From: Eledone cirrhosa
Taxonomy: Eukaryota
DNA: 64,000 nucleotides
Assembly: GCA_964016885.1 (NCBI GenBank)
Contig: OZ024740.1
Location: forward strand, 435,302,001-435,366,000
Direction of reading: 5' to 3'
Shown here: piece by piece, positions 1 through 14,000 of the stretch
Layout of the letters: the number at the start of each line of letters is the position of its first letter
How positions within the stretch are numbered: the stretch's first letter is position 1
Translations under genes and position numbers: made by a program
Notes under the pieces: model-generated
Seen by the model: the letters and a program-made list of their open reading frames with translations, nothing else
Databases searched by the model: none
What the model was told of the DNA's origin: nothing

Positions 1-340
1 GGCCGTAGACGGCTACCAACCTAAACGCTCTGCCTTCACCACTGCCAAGGTCCAGAACCACTAGTCGACCCTCCGGGTCCAAATGTACCGTCTGTGTTGC
101 GAGACCCAGATGTTTTTGCAGCAGAACGACAACCCCACCCCCACCTCCGGGCTGACAGAGAGATGCGTGCATCTCAAAGTCATCAAAGGTGGGGGCCAGC
201 TGTCGCACGTTGCTGATCCGGGCCTCGCAAATAACCATCACATCTATAGGTTGTGACCTGAGGTCATTTAGAAGCATTGCTTGCTTCCAAGTTGAGCCCA
301 GGCCACGCGAATTTAGACAGCCTACTCTTAGCATAGCCAT
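1..340 (-). mobile_element. L1/Tx1-like LINE ORF2 N-terminus (APE endonuclease), runs off window start
   Basis: Manual translation from ATG at 340: MAMLRVGCLNSRGLG...DVMVICEARI...GVGVVVLL...DPEGRLVVLD...FRLVAVYG; these are typical L1/Tx1 APE motifs. Confidence 0.85.
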
Positions 341-364
341 GTTGGTGGTGAAGAGAAAAAGCAC

Positions 365-724
365 TTACCTCTCTGCGTCCCGGGTATCGGGCTGCACAAT
401 TTCCATGGGGGTGTTGGAGGGTATGTTTGATGGGATGGTGGTTTCTGGCGGGGTGGGGACGGAGGTGTTTGGTGGGGAAGGGGTGTCTGGTGGGACGGGG
501 ATGACTTGGGTGGGGGTGCCTGTGGCGGGGAGGCCTTTGTAGAGGACGCGGTTGATTGGTTTCACGCAGGAATTCCCCATGTCCTCTACAAATGTTTCTT
601 TTAGGGATCTATAAGTTCCTATAGGGACCCTGATCAGTTTTAGGTTCATTTTTTTGTTTTTGTTGGAGCTATCCAAAGTTTTCCCTTCGGTTTTGACCAA
701 AGGGTTGTTTCTGATGGTCTCCAT
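365..724 (-). mobile_element. Probable C-terminal remnant of ORF1 of the same LINE (Pro/Thr-rich)
   Basis: ORF stops 24 bp upstream of the ORF2 ATG on the same strand; bounded upstream by (GATA)n. Confidence 0.45.
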
Positions 725-1354
725 CAGTGTTCTATTTTCTTCGTTTATGTAAGTGTATGTGTAATAGATAGATAGATAGATAGATAGATTCAAAATAAAC
801 AAGCACCAACAACAACACCACACTCCCACCACCACCACGCTACTACCAACACCACCGCCACCACCACACTACTACCAACACCACCACACCACCAACCTCA
901 TATTTAAAATTCCTGTCAAATAATTCAACAAAAGCACACCCCCAAAAAAGAGAAGGATCTCCCCACACCCCAGGGGTTAAAAAGGTGGGGAGGGATGGAG
1001 AAGTTTGTCGTCATTTACAGAAGATAAAAACATTTGTTGTTTCAAAGTAAAAAAATATTGTAATGCGATATAGAGAGGGAAGAAGAATTTGGTGGTCTAA
1101 TGAGAGAGGGGGGATTGTGAGAAAGAGTGAGGTATGTAGTGGGATATAGAGAGCGGGAGAGAATTTGTTGGTTTAGTGAGAGGGCATTGTGAGAATAAGA
1201 GAAAGTGAGGTATGTAGTGGAATATAGACGGGGGAGGGGGAGAATTTGTTGGTCTAGCGAGAGAGGGGGAATTGTGAAAGAGTGAAAGAGAGCGTGGTAT
1301 GTCATTAAAATATACACAGACATGTATATAATGTAAAATGAAATTGGAAGGCCC

Positions 1355-1356
<2 letters not shown>

Positions 1357-1430
<74 letters not shown>

Positions 1431-1490
1431 AGAGAGAGAGAGAGAGAGACATAGATAGATATGTGGACACACATACACACACACACACAC
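1357..1490. repeat. (GT)n-(GA)n-(CA)n compound microsatellite
   Basis: Direct reading. Confidence 0.95.
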
Positions 1491-2099
1491 TTAGAAACCC
1501 TTCCTATTTAGCAGGAAATATTCGCTACACATATCCTGTCCTAACACAAGTTATATTCAGTCACCAAATTCGCGCTAGATACAGTAATGCAGTATTCGAT
1601 TCTTTGAAGTCCCCTGATATAATTTCTTTTAATAACACCACCATCTTTCTCTCTCTCTCTCTCTTCATTTTCCTTCTCTGTCACCTTCTCGCCTCTCTCT
1701 TTATATCTTTCTTTTAATCTACTCTTTCACAACTACTATCTCTTTCTCTCTCTCTATTTATGAAGGTACCCGGAAAAACCCCATATCTCGAGAACCCGTG
1801 GTCCGATTTACGCAGAACTTGTTTTATTCCATTTTTATTCCCATTTCAGGGTCAACTTCCTTTCAAAGTATTTTCCCATTATGCGCCCTTTTGGCTGTAT
1901 TACATTACAGAAAAGCACACAATCACAGAGTTTTAGTAGTATATAGATTGCAAAGATCAGAGGTCATAAAAAGTTGATTTAGGTTTATTTAATTCTTCAT
2001 GATACATAATATTTCGTTGAGGACTAAGAATTTTAGACGGCATAAAAACATTTAGGAAAAGAAATTGAAAATAATGAAAAAAAAATTCTTTAAAAAAAT

Positions 2100-2650
2100 G
2101 TTTAACTTCCGAATCCTGCAGTTGATGTCCATCTCGATGTCGCCACAGTTGCTCGGGTTGTTGCCAATGTACGTGAAGTAGTCGAGCTCGACCAGCCCCT
2201 GTTGGTTAAGTGCAGCCACCTGACTTGGATTGCTTCCCACATTCATAACCTTGGACTTTGAGTGTTGATTCGTATCCCGATCTTCTGGGCGTTCAGCTAC
2301 AGAGAGGTTGTTAGCTCCTGCAGGTTCGTAGTCCTCAGCTAGCAAATCGATGTCGTCGGCAAAATCCAGGTCTTTCAACCATGATTTCCCTGGCCACAAG
2401 ATCCACCGACCGGCTCCATCCAAACTGAAATCAACTACCAGCAGGAACTGACCCCGGATATGATGTTGAAGAACCTCGTTGTACCGGATTCGGTTCTCAT
2501 ACAACATCTCAAGTTGGCGTACAGACCTTTGAAGATGGTGATGAAGCTCTGTGGAATGCCATACACCCTGTGTACCCTGTCAAATGCTTTTTGAAAGTGA
2601 ATGAAGTTTACTGCAAGTTTACTTTGTAGCTTGATGCACTGCCCAAACTG
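2100..2650 (-). mobile_element. Degraded RTE-type reverse transcriptase fragment
   Basis: LKDLDFADDIDLL and FTYIG motifs; upstream KAFD-like motif; frameshifted. Confidence 0.75.
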
Positions 2651-2747
2651 CTGTCGGTCCCGGTCAAAATGTTCAGCTCAGTGTTACTATGACGGCCACA
2701 ACAAAATGTAGACGCAGAGAAAAGAAGAAGCGGGCTTCCCGAACAAC

Positions 2748-2758
2748 TGCGCATGCGC
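2748..2758. promoter_or_regulatory. NRF1-like palindromic motif TGCGCATGCGC
   Basis: Matches the NRF1 consensus within a short CpG-containing stretch; no downstream gene identified. Confidence 0.3.
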
Positions 2759-2917
2759 TGAATAGATTTTTACACTGCGCAGTTATGGTTTAACTGGGTT
2801 TAACTAGCTGGAAGTATGAAAGACTTATTCCTCGCTAGTTCCACGTTTAATGAGGAGGTCAGACCTGAAACAGATGATTATGGCCTGCGATTTGTTAATA
2901 TTACATAATGTGTATAG

Positions 2918-3346
2918 TGAGAGGGGCGAGAGAGTAAGTTATAGAAATATCGAGAGAGAGGGAAGAGAATAAGTTATACATATATTGAGAGGGGGGAAGA
3001 GAGTAAGTTGCATTTATTGAGAGAGGGGGAAGAGAGTGATTTATGTATATTGAGAGAGGGAGAAACGAGTAAGAGATATATAGAGAGAGGGGGAAGAGAG
3101 TAAGTTATATATATTAAGAGAGGGGGAAGAGAGTAGTTATCAATATAAGTAACTTACTCTCTTACCACTCTCTCAATATACATAATTTACATTCTTCCCC
3201 CTCTCTCAATATGTGTAACAGCTTTGCTCCCCCTCTCATAATATATATAACTTACTCCCTTCCCCCTCTCTCAATATATGTAACTTACATATAATGAGAG
3301 AAGGGAGGAGAGTAAGTTACTCGCTTCCCCCTTCTCTCAATATATA
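2918..3346. repeat. Foldback-like inverted array of ~35-bp GA-rich units
   Basis: GAGAGGGGGAAGAGAGTAAGTTATATATATT-like units on the left, reverse-complement units (AACTTACTCTCTTCCCCTCTCTCAATAT) on the right, centre ~3145. Confidence 0.7.
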
Positions 3347-3440
3347 TAGTCCCCCACCGCCATGTTAAGGGGATGGAGTCTTATTTTAGGCAAAGTAACA
3401 ATAAAACTCCAGACATCTCCATGTTTCATTCTTCCATTAA

Positions 3441-3659
3441 CCCTTTGCCATTTACATTACTTTATATATGTTGTTATATTTTCGCAGTAAAGGCTTTACC
3501 TCACATAAGTATCACATAATATCGAATCTACAAGATTTTGATATTATTTAGTTTAAGAATAATACCTTAACATAATTATGAGTGGCCTGTTATGGCCGGT
3601 TTGAACAGAAAGAGGTGAGAGAATTATGGTCGGATATGATCGGTTTAAATGTTAAAGGG
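3441..3659. mobile_element. piggyBac-like MITE (CCCTTT...AAAGGG ends, TTAA target)
   Basis: TTAA|CCCTTTGCCATTT ... AAATGTTAAAGGG|TGAA; related copy in opposite orientation at 28259-28489. Confidence 0.7.
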
Positions 3660-3700
3660 TGAAATATTGTCAATCAAAGAGACTTAATATTCAGATGACC

Positions 3701-4596
3701 AGTTGGTTGGTTGGTTGGTTGGTTGGTTGATTGGTTGGTTGATTGGTTGGTTGGTTGGTTGATTGGTTGGCTGGCTGGTTGGTTGGTTGGTTGGTTGGTT
3801 GGTTGGTTGGTTGGTTGGCTGGCTGGTTGGTTGGTTGGTTGGTTGGTTGGTTGGTTGGTTGATTGGTTGGTTGGTCGGCTGGCTGGTTGGTTGGCTGGTT
3901 GGTTGGTTGGTTGGCTGGCTGGTTGGTTGGTTGGTTGGTTGGTCGGCTGGCTGGTTGGTTGGTTGGTTGATTGGTTGGTTGGTTGGTTCGATGGTTGGTT
4001 GGTTGGTTGGTTGGTTGGTTGGTCGGCTGGCTGGTTGGTTGGCTGGTTGGTTGGTTGGTTGGTTGATTGGTTGGTTGGTTGGTTGGCTGGCTGGTTGGTT
4101 GGTTGGTTGGTTGGTTGGTTGGTTGGTTGGTTGGTTGGTTGGTTGGTTGGCTGGCTGGTTGGTTGGTTGGTTGGTTGGTTGGTTGGTTGATTGGTTGGTT
4201 GGTTGGTCGGCTGGCTGGTTGGTTGGCTGGTTGGTTGGTTGGCTGGCTGGTTGGTTGGTTGGTTGGTTGGTTGGTTGGTTGGTTGGTTCGATGGTTGGTT
4301 GGTTGGTTGGCTGGTTGGTTGGTTGGTTGGTTGGTTGGTTGGTTGGTTGGTCGGCTGGTTGGTTGGTTGGTTGGTTGGTTGGTCGGCTGGCTGGTTGGTT
4401 GGCTGGTTGGTTGGATGGTTGGTTGGCTGGTTGGTTGGTTGATTGGTTGGTTGGTTGGTTCGATGGTTGGTTGGTTGGCTGGCTGGTTGGTTGGTTGGTT
4501 GCTTGCTTGCTTGGTTGGCTGGTTGGTTGGTTGGTTGGTTGGTTGGTTGGTTGGTTGGTTGGTTGGTTGGTTGGTTGGTTGGTTGGTTGGTTGGTT
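3701..4596. repeat. (TTGG)n tetranucleotide microsatellite with CTGG/TCGG/TCGA variants
   Basis: Direct reading; explains the QPTN/LVGW pseudo-ORFs. Confidence 0.97.
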
Positions 4597-4788
4597 TTCT
4601 GAGAGTTAACGAGCTGTATTGACCACTTTAACCTCCACTTCCACACTTTTATATGCTGGACATATCTGGGATACAACAATTTTCTAGATGTCTCAGTTCT
4701 GTGTTGTTTTTATTTGAGGATCTTAAAACTTTAAATGAGAAACTACTTCACCTGGGAGGAACTCATGTGAGACAACGACCACACAATA

Positions 4789-5753
4789 GTGTGTATATAT
4801 ACTAGTACATATATATGTGTATATATACTGGTACATATATATGTGTATATATACTGGTACATATATATGTGTATATATACTGGTACATATATATGTGTAT
4901 ATATACTGGTACATATATATGTGTATATATACTGGTACATATATATGTGTATATATACTGGTACATATATATGTGTATATATACTGGTACATATATATGT
5001 GTATATATACTGGTACATATATATGTGTATATATACTGGTACATATATATGTGTATATATACTGGTACATATATATGTGTATATATACTGGTACATATAT
5101 ATGTGTATATATACTGGTACATATATATGTGTATATATACTAGTACATATATATGTGTATATATACTGGTACATATATATGTGTATATATACTGGTACAT
5201 ATATATGTGTATATATACTGGTACATATATATGTGTATATATACTGGTACATATATATGTGTATATATACTGGTACATATATATGTGTATATATACTGGT
5301 ACATATATATGTGTATATATACTGGTACATATATATGTGTATATATACTAGTACATATATATGTGAATATATACTGGTACATATATATGTGTATATATAC
5401 TGGTACATATATATGTGTATATATACTGGTACATATATATGTGTATATATACTGGTACATATATATGTGTATATATACTGGTACATATATATGTGTATAT
5501 ATACTGGTACATATATATGTGTATATATACTGGTACATATATATGTGTATATATACTGGTACATATATATGTGTATATATACTGGTACATATATATGTGT
5601 ATATATACTAGTACATATATATGTGAATATATACTGGTACATATATATGTGTATATATACTGGTACATATATATGTGTATATATACTAGTACATATATAT
5701 GTGAATATATACTGGTACATATATGTGTGTATATATATATACTAGTACATATA
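4789..5753. repeat. 26-bp minisatellite (GTACATATATATGTGTATATATACTG)n, ~37 copies
   Basis: Direct reading. Confidence 0.95.
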
Positions 5754-6723
<970 letters not shown>

Positions 6724-6879
6724 TTATGTTTATGTAAATATACAAGAGAGCTGCATCCCCAAGCAGAAAGCTTCCACCATTAAAAAAACATTCCTACATA
6801 ACTCTTCTTAAAGGGGACATAACTCTGGTTTACAGCTGAGTAAAATGACATAAGTACAAGGGAGGTAATTCTTCTCGCC

Positions 6880-7893
6880 AATTGAATCTCCATGTGAGAC
6901 CAGCAAGCTCATCGATGTTATCCAACCATCTTGCTCGGGATCTACCCCTGGGTCTCTTGTCGGTTGGTTTTGCCCGTAAAATCTGTCCAGCGATTCTTCC
7001 CTGAGACATTCTAACCACATGTCCATAGTATCGGAGTTGTTATCTCTCAATTCGGAGAAGTAGCAGCTCTACCTGGAGTGACTCTTTGATCTCTGAGCTA
7101 CACACTTTATCAAGTAACGTTACTCCTAAGACCCTTCTGGGGGAACCTTATTTCGCCCGCTTGTATTCGGGATCGTATTCTTTCGGTCATTACCCAACAT
7201 TCATGACCATAGGTAAGTGTTGGCAGGAATACCGAATTGCAGATAGCGAGTTCGGCTTTTACACCTCCCTCCCTCCTAATTACTGAAGTTGGCGCATTAC
7301 TGCAGCACTGACTTTCATTCCAGCCATGCAGCACTCGGCATTAAACCTATCAAGTGCAAGTCGGAGATCACCTTCTGTCGAGTTAAGTAACATCATGTCG
7401 TCTGCAAATTCCAGCCGACTGAATTTACACCCGCCAGTCATGAAACCACTTCCAGCCCGGCTGCGCATGTCAATCCTATTCATGTAAATAATGGACAGAA
7501 GAGGTGACAGCACGCACCCTTGGAAAAGTCCGACTCTCACATTGAACAGTTTTTATTTAGCACCATTTATCCGAACACAAATACTTGGGACTTCATACAG
7601 AGACATCAGGGCAGCAATAAGCTGACCATCAATCCCATACTCCAACCTTCCACAGCAGGTGGCCAAGGAACGCGGTCATATGCCTTCTCAAGGTCGACAA
7701 AACAAGAATATATATCTTGCAATACTCCCACGATATTTCGAAGACCTGACGCTGTGTGAATATTTGGTCAGCCGTGCTGCGATCGGGGCAAAAACCACAT
7801 TGTTCATCAACTACCCTTGACTCGACAATCTCCCTGCAACTCTTTGCCAGACACTTACCATAGACTTTACCGGGGAGGCTTAACAGGGAGATC
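6880..7893 (-). mobile_element. Degraded RTE LINE (Expander/Rex3-like) RT and 3' ORF region
   Basis: GISLLSLPGKVY, EQCGF, FVDLEKAYD, VGLFQGCVLSPLL, FADD, RPRGRSRARW motifs; multiple frameshifts. Confidence 0.85.
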
Positions 7894-8015
7894 CCAAATT
7901 CTTCATTAATTAATTAATTAAAATACAGAGTATTTCATTAAAAATGCGGTAATGAAAGGCTAATACTGATCATTTTTGGTCTCTCTCTCTCTCTCTGTGT
8001 CTGTGTGTCTGTGTG

Positions 8016-8062
<47 letters not shown>

Positions 8063-8063
<1 letters not shown>

Positions 8064-8740
8064 CTCACGCCGTACACCTAACTCTAGTACTTCTCTTCTC
8101 CGTCTTGCTAAGCTCGTTCTCACTCAATGTCTTTTCCTTTTACGGAGGGTTTTATCAACATGTCTCCGGGGCAGCCATGGGTACAAGAATGAGCCCTAAC
8201 TATGTCAACTTGTTCGTTGAGGCCTTGGTCTTTACCCAATACACTGGTCCGACGTCTAAGGTATACGGTCGTTATATCTCCCGTCAACCGCTCCATTACT
8301 TTCTTTTGTCGTCATTTTCCTGCCCTCACCTTCGCCACTTGTCTCCACCTCTTCAGTTCAATTTCTTCACAGCTCTCTGTCCCTCACTACTTCCATCTGC
8401 TATAAACCCACTGATTCCCACCCACACCAAACTTTCCATACCCTACTCCCAATTCCTCCGTCTTCATCGGCTCAGTAGCCAGGACCACGATGTAGAGACC
8501 ACGTCCCAATACATAGGCCACCCGCTTCATCCAGCATGGATATATCCCCACTATGATCCAAGCTGCCCTAACCCACACCCGTGAAACCATCCATTACACA
8601 GCCCTCTCGTGCCACCACCTTTTCCCCCTCACCTACCACCCCACACCCCTATCTCTCCGCCACCATCATCTTTCTTTGCACCCGCTCTTCTTACCCCCAT
8701 CACTTCTCCCTTCTTTCCAAACCCACCCGCAATCTCTGCA
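8063..8740 (+). mobile_element. Penelope-like element RT fragment
   Basis: FYQHVSGAAMGTRMSPNYVNLF and SIPYSQFLRLHRLSS motifs characteristic of PLE RT. Confidence 0.8.
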
Positions 8741-8765
8741 ACTAACAATTTTGGAGGAAATGGAA

Positions 8766-8875
8766 AGTCGACCCCAGTACATTACTGGTACTTTATTTTA
8801 TCGACCCCGTAAGAATAAAAGGCAAAGCTAACCTCGGCGGGATTTGAACACAGAACGTAAAGGGTCATAATTCTA
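8766..8875 (-). mobile_element. Partial Nin-domain tRNA-derived SINE
   Basis: Reverse complement contains B-box GTTCAAATCC followed by GCCTTTTATTCTTACGGGGTCGATAAAATAAAGTACCAG. Confidence 0.75.
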
Positions 8876-9116
8876 TGTCGCTGATATTTGATTACAAGAT
8901 GAGAAGAATTAGCTCCCTTGTACTTATGTCATTTTACTCAGCTGTAAACTAAAGTTATGTCCTCTTCAAGAAGAGTTATAAAGTAATGTTCTTTTTAATG
9001 GTGGAAGCTTTCTCCTTAGGGATGCAGCTCTCCTGTATATTTAGATAAACATAAATGCACATATATATATGTACTAGTATATATACACATATATATGTAC
9101 AAGTATATATATACAC

Positions 9117-9800
9117 GTTTAAAGCAAGACGGAGCATACGTGTGTATGCCCCGTCTAGCTTTTTCTCCAGCTTCGACGTTAGCGTCCAAGTGACAGAGCC
9201 ATAAACAAGCACAGATTCCACAGCAGCTCTGAAGAAATTCCTTTTCACTTTGGCCGGCAGGTTTGATTTCCATATCTTTTCCATTGCATTCAATGCTCCC
9301 CAGGCTTTTCCCAGTCTGTTGTTAGCATCATGTTCTGTGGAGGCGATATAGCTACCCAGGTATTTGAAGTCGTCAACCTACTTGATTATATCGCCGTTTA
9401 GACTTCACATACCAACTGAGGAGTCTTGGTTCAGGCAAATATATTGTTTTGCCTGCGTTGACAGAGTCCGATTTCCTTTGCAACCGATTCGATGCTGTCT
9501 TGGAGGGAACACCCAACAAATAAGGATCTCTATGGTAATATACCACCTATCAGCAGGTCAATACGTGGACAGACTCAGATTTGCTGGCCACTGTTGGCGC
9601 AAGGAAGAAATAGCAGGTGATGTGTTGTTATGGAGTCCATCTCATGGAGCAAGAAACGCTGGTCGTCCCAAGAAGACATACGTCAAGCAACTTGAGGACG
9701 ATACTGGATGCACTGCGGAAGAACTGGCAAACGCTATGAGAGACAGAGATGGATGGAGGAAACGTGTCGTAGAAAGCAGAGCAAGCTCGACCTGATGATG
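9117..9800 (+). mobile_element. 5'-truncated RTE-like LINE with 5' inversion, (TGA)n tail and 10-bp TSD
   Basis: Minus part 9117-~9495 encodes YLGS...RMLRLALNV; plus part ~9496-9795 continues SWREHPTNK...RLRFAGH...GRPKK...*; TSD ATATATACAC at 9107-9116 and 9801-9810. Confidence 0.85.
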
Positions 9801-11081
9801 ATATATACACACTACTGTATGGCCGTTGTCTCTCATGAGTTCCTCCCAACTTGATTTAAGTCATAAAAATTAATTCACTTTTTAGATCAGCAACTAAAGG
9901 CGAAGTATTTTCTTATTTAAAGTTTTAAGATCCTTTCAGTTGGAGACAGTTGCTTCTGACAGGAGTGTTTGGCGGCTCTGCTCCCACGACCCTTTCAGGA
10001 ATAAGTGGACGAAGAAGGTTTTAATCTAAGTATGAACCCCTTAAAATGAGTAGTTTTGTATTATAGGACCAGGGCAGTAGATAGGTATCAAAGGGATTAC
10101 AATAAGGACAGGGAAAGAATCACTCATTGCAGGTAAATATCCATGGTGTTTAAAGGTTCAAATAATGTTAGTTATTGAGGTAAGACAAGAGGGTGGTATT
10201 CACTATAACTGTTGTTCTATCAGCATCCATGACTCTTTTTCATGGCTGCTGAAAGGAACACATTAACCCCTAGTCCACCATGTAAGGTGCTCTTGATGGT
10301 GAAAGAGCACCCAGCCCACACTGTAAGGTGGTCGTATTGCTGACATAAAGTGCCCAGTTCACCTTGTAAAGTGGTCATGATAATGCCATGACATAAAGCA
10401 CCCAGTCCACTCTGCAAAGTGGTTGTGTTGGTGCCACAATAAAAAGCACCCAGCCCAACCTGCAAATGTAATTGATGTTAAGAAGGGCATCCAACCATAG
10501 AAACCAAGCCAGAAACAGTATAAAAAGCAGAAGTGTTTGGGTGAAAAGTGAAACATCCCAGATCAAGGCCATGCTACAGTAACAGTATAAAAAGCAGAAT
10601 TGTTTCAGTGAAACATCTCCAAAATCAAAACTGATACCTCTGTCACAAATTTGGATTAACTTCCTATATATTGTAAATTGAGGTTAAACACAAACTAGAT
10701 TGGCCTTCCTTGGAATTATATTCTAGTAACTCGATATATATGACAGAATATTTAATTGATACATTTAACAGAACCTGTTAAATCTTGCAGGAAATGTTCT
10801 AACCTCCCCCCCAAAACAACTTTAGTCCAGTGATGAAGACTTACAGTGAGATGTGTTGAATTTAAAATTGTTTTAATTCCTGTCATTGAAATATCACTAA
10901 CATTATGAATAAATATTTTGTTTTAGGTAAATAACTGGTCTAATTTTCTAATATATTTATAAAACTAAAAGTTTGAATTAAATATAGCTTGAGATTTCAA
11001 AATATTCTTAAAAACTTAAAATGAAATTAAAAAGTTACCTCACCTTCCTTCATCTATATTCCGTTATTGGTGCCATGAGGG

Positions 11082-14000
11082 AGCAATACACCATTGCTGA
11101 CACCCTCACCCTTGTAGAGGGGAGGGTGCACCATCCCCAGCAATACACCACTGCTGACACCCTTGTAGAGGGGAGGGTGCACCATCCCAGCAATACACCG
11201 CTGCTGACACCCTTGTAGAGGGGAGGGTGCACCATCCCAGCAATACACCGCTGCTGACACCCTTGTAGAGGGGGAGGGTGCACCATCCCAGCAAAACACC
11301 ACTGCTGACACCCTTGTAGAGGGGAGGGTGCACCATCCCAGCAATACACCGCTGCTGACACCCTCACCCTTGTAGAGGGGAGGGTGCTGCACCATCCCAG
11401 CAATACACCGCTGCTGACACCCTCACCCTTGTAGAGGGGAGGGTGCTGCACCATCCCAGCAATACACCGCTGCTGACACCCTCACCCTTGTAGAGGGGAG
11501 GGTGCTGCACCATCCCAGCAATACACCGCTGCTGACACCCTCACCCTTGTAGAGGGAGGGTGCAGCTGCATCCCCAGCAATACACCGCTGCTGACACCCT
11601 CACCCTTGTAGAGGGGAGGGTGCTGCACCATCCCAGCAATACACCGCTGCTGACACCCTCACCCTTGTAGAGGGGAGGGTGCTGCACCATCCCAGCAATA
11701 CACCACTGCTGACACCCTCACCCTTGTAGAGGGGAGGGTGCTGCACCATCCCAGCAATACACCGCTGCTGACACCCTCACCCTTGTAGAGGGGAGGGTGC
11801 TGCACCATCCCAGCAATACACCACTGCTGACACCCTCACCCTTGTAGAGGGGAGGGTGCTGCACCATCCCAGCAATACACCGCTGCTGACACCCTCACCC
11901 TTGTAGAGGGGAGGGTGCTGCACCATCCCAGCAATACACCGCTGCTGACACCCTCACCCTTGTAGAGGGGAGGGTGCTGCACCATCCCAGCAATACACCG
12001 CTGCTGACACCCTCACCCTTGTAGAGGGAGGGTGCAGCTGCATCCCCAGCAATACACCACTGCTGACACCCTCACCCTTGTAGAGGGGAGGGTGCTGCAC
12101 CATCCCAGCAATACACCGCTGCTGACACCCTCACCCTTGTAGAGGGGAGGGTGCTGCACCATCCCAGCAATACACCACTGCTGACACCCTCACCCTTGTA
12201 GAGGGAGGGTGCAGCTGCATCCCCAGCAATACACCACTGCTGACACCCTCACCCTTGTAGAGGGGAGGGTGCTGCACCATCCCAGCAATACACCGCTGCT
12301 GACACCCTCACCCTTGTAGAGGGGAGGGTGCTGCACCATCCCAGCAATACACCGCTGCTGACACCCTTGTAGAGGGGAGGGTGCTGCACCATCCCAGCAA
12401 TACACCGCTGCTGACACCCTCACCCTTGTAGAGGGGAGGGTGCTGCACCATCCCAGCAATACACCACTGCTGACACCCTCACCCTTGTAGAGGGGAGGGT
12501 GCTGCACCATCCCAGCAATACACCGCTGCTGACACCCTCACCCTTGTAGAGGGGAGGGTGCTGCACCATCCCAGCAATACACCACTGCTGACACCCTCAC
12601 CCTTGTAGAGGGGAGGGTGCTGCACCATCCCAGCAATACACCACTGCTGACACCCTCACCCTTGTAGAGGGGAGGGTGCTGCACCATCCCAGCAATACAC
12701 CGCTGCTGACACCCTCACCCTTGTAGAGGGGAGGGTGCTGCACCATCCCAGCAATACACCGCTGCTGACACCCTCACCCTTGTAGAGGGGAGGGTGCTGC
12801 ACCATCCCAGCAATACACCACTGCTGACACCCTTGTAGAGGGGAGGGTGCACCATCCCCAGCAATACACCGCTGCTGACACCCTCACCCTTGTAGAGGGG
12901 AGGGTGCTGCACCATCCCAGCAATACACCGCTGCTGACACCCTCACCCTTGTAGAGGGGAGGGTGCTGCACCATCCCAGCAATACACCACTGCTGACACC
13001 CTCACCCTTGTAGAGGGGAGGGTGCTGCACCATCCCAGCAATACACCACTGCTGACACCCTCACCCTTGTAGAGGGGAGGGTGCTGCACCATCCCAGCAA
13101 TACACCACTGCTGACACCCTCACCCTTGTAGAGGGGAGGGTGCTGCACCATCCCAGCAATACACCACTGCTGACACCCTCACCCTTGTAGAGGGGAGGGT
13201 GCTGCACCATCCCCAGCAATACACCACTGCTGACACCCTCACCCTTGTAGAGGGGAGGGTGCTGCACCATCCCAGCAATACACCGCTGCTGACACCCTCA
13301 CCCTTGTAGAGGGGAGGGTGCTGCACCATCCCAGCAATACACCGCTGCTGACACCCTTGTAGAGGGGAGGGTGCACCATCCCCAGCAATACACCGCTGCT
13401 GACACCCTCACCCTTGTAGAGGGGAGGGTGCTGCACCATCCCAGCAATACACCACTGCTGACACCCTTGTAGAGGGGAGGGTGCTGCACCATCCCAGCAA
13501 TACACCGCTGCTGACACCCTCACCCTTGTAGAGGGGAGGGTGCTGCACCATCCCAGCAATACACCGCTGCTGACACCCTCACCCTTGTAGAGGGGATGGT
13601 GCTGCACCATCCCAGCAATACACCGCTGCTGACACCCTCACCCTTGTAGAGGGGAGGGTGCTGCACCATCCCAGCAATACACCACTGCTGACACCCTCAC
13701 CCTTGTAGAGGGGAGGGTGCTGCACCATCCCAGCAATACACCACTGCTGACACCCTCACCCTTGTAGAGGGGAGGGTGCTGCACCATCCCAGCAATACAC
13801 CGCTGCTGACACCCTCACCCTTGTAGAGGGGAGGGTGCAGCACCATCCCAGCAATACACCACTGCTGACACCCTCACCCTTGTAGAGGGGAGGGTGCTGC
13901 ACCATCCCAGCAATACACCACTGCTGACACCCTCACCCTTGTAGAGGGGAGGGTGCTGCACCATCCCAGCAATACACCACTGCTGACACCCTCACCCTTG

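Noticed and set aside
1750-1948. Second Helitron-like element (TCTATATACTACTAAAA end on the minus strand)
   Set aside because: Only one plausible terminus; no matching hairpin-CTAG end identified with confidence
3684-4679. QPTN-repeat or LVGW-repeat protein
   Set aside because: Translation of a (TTGG)n microsatellite; no splice or domain support
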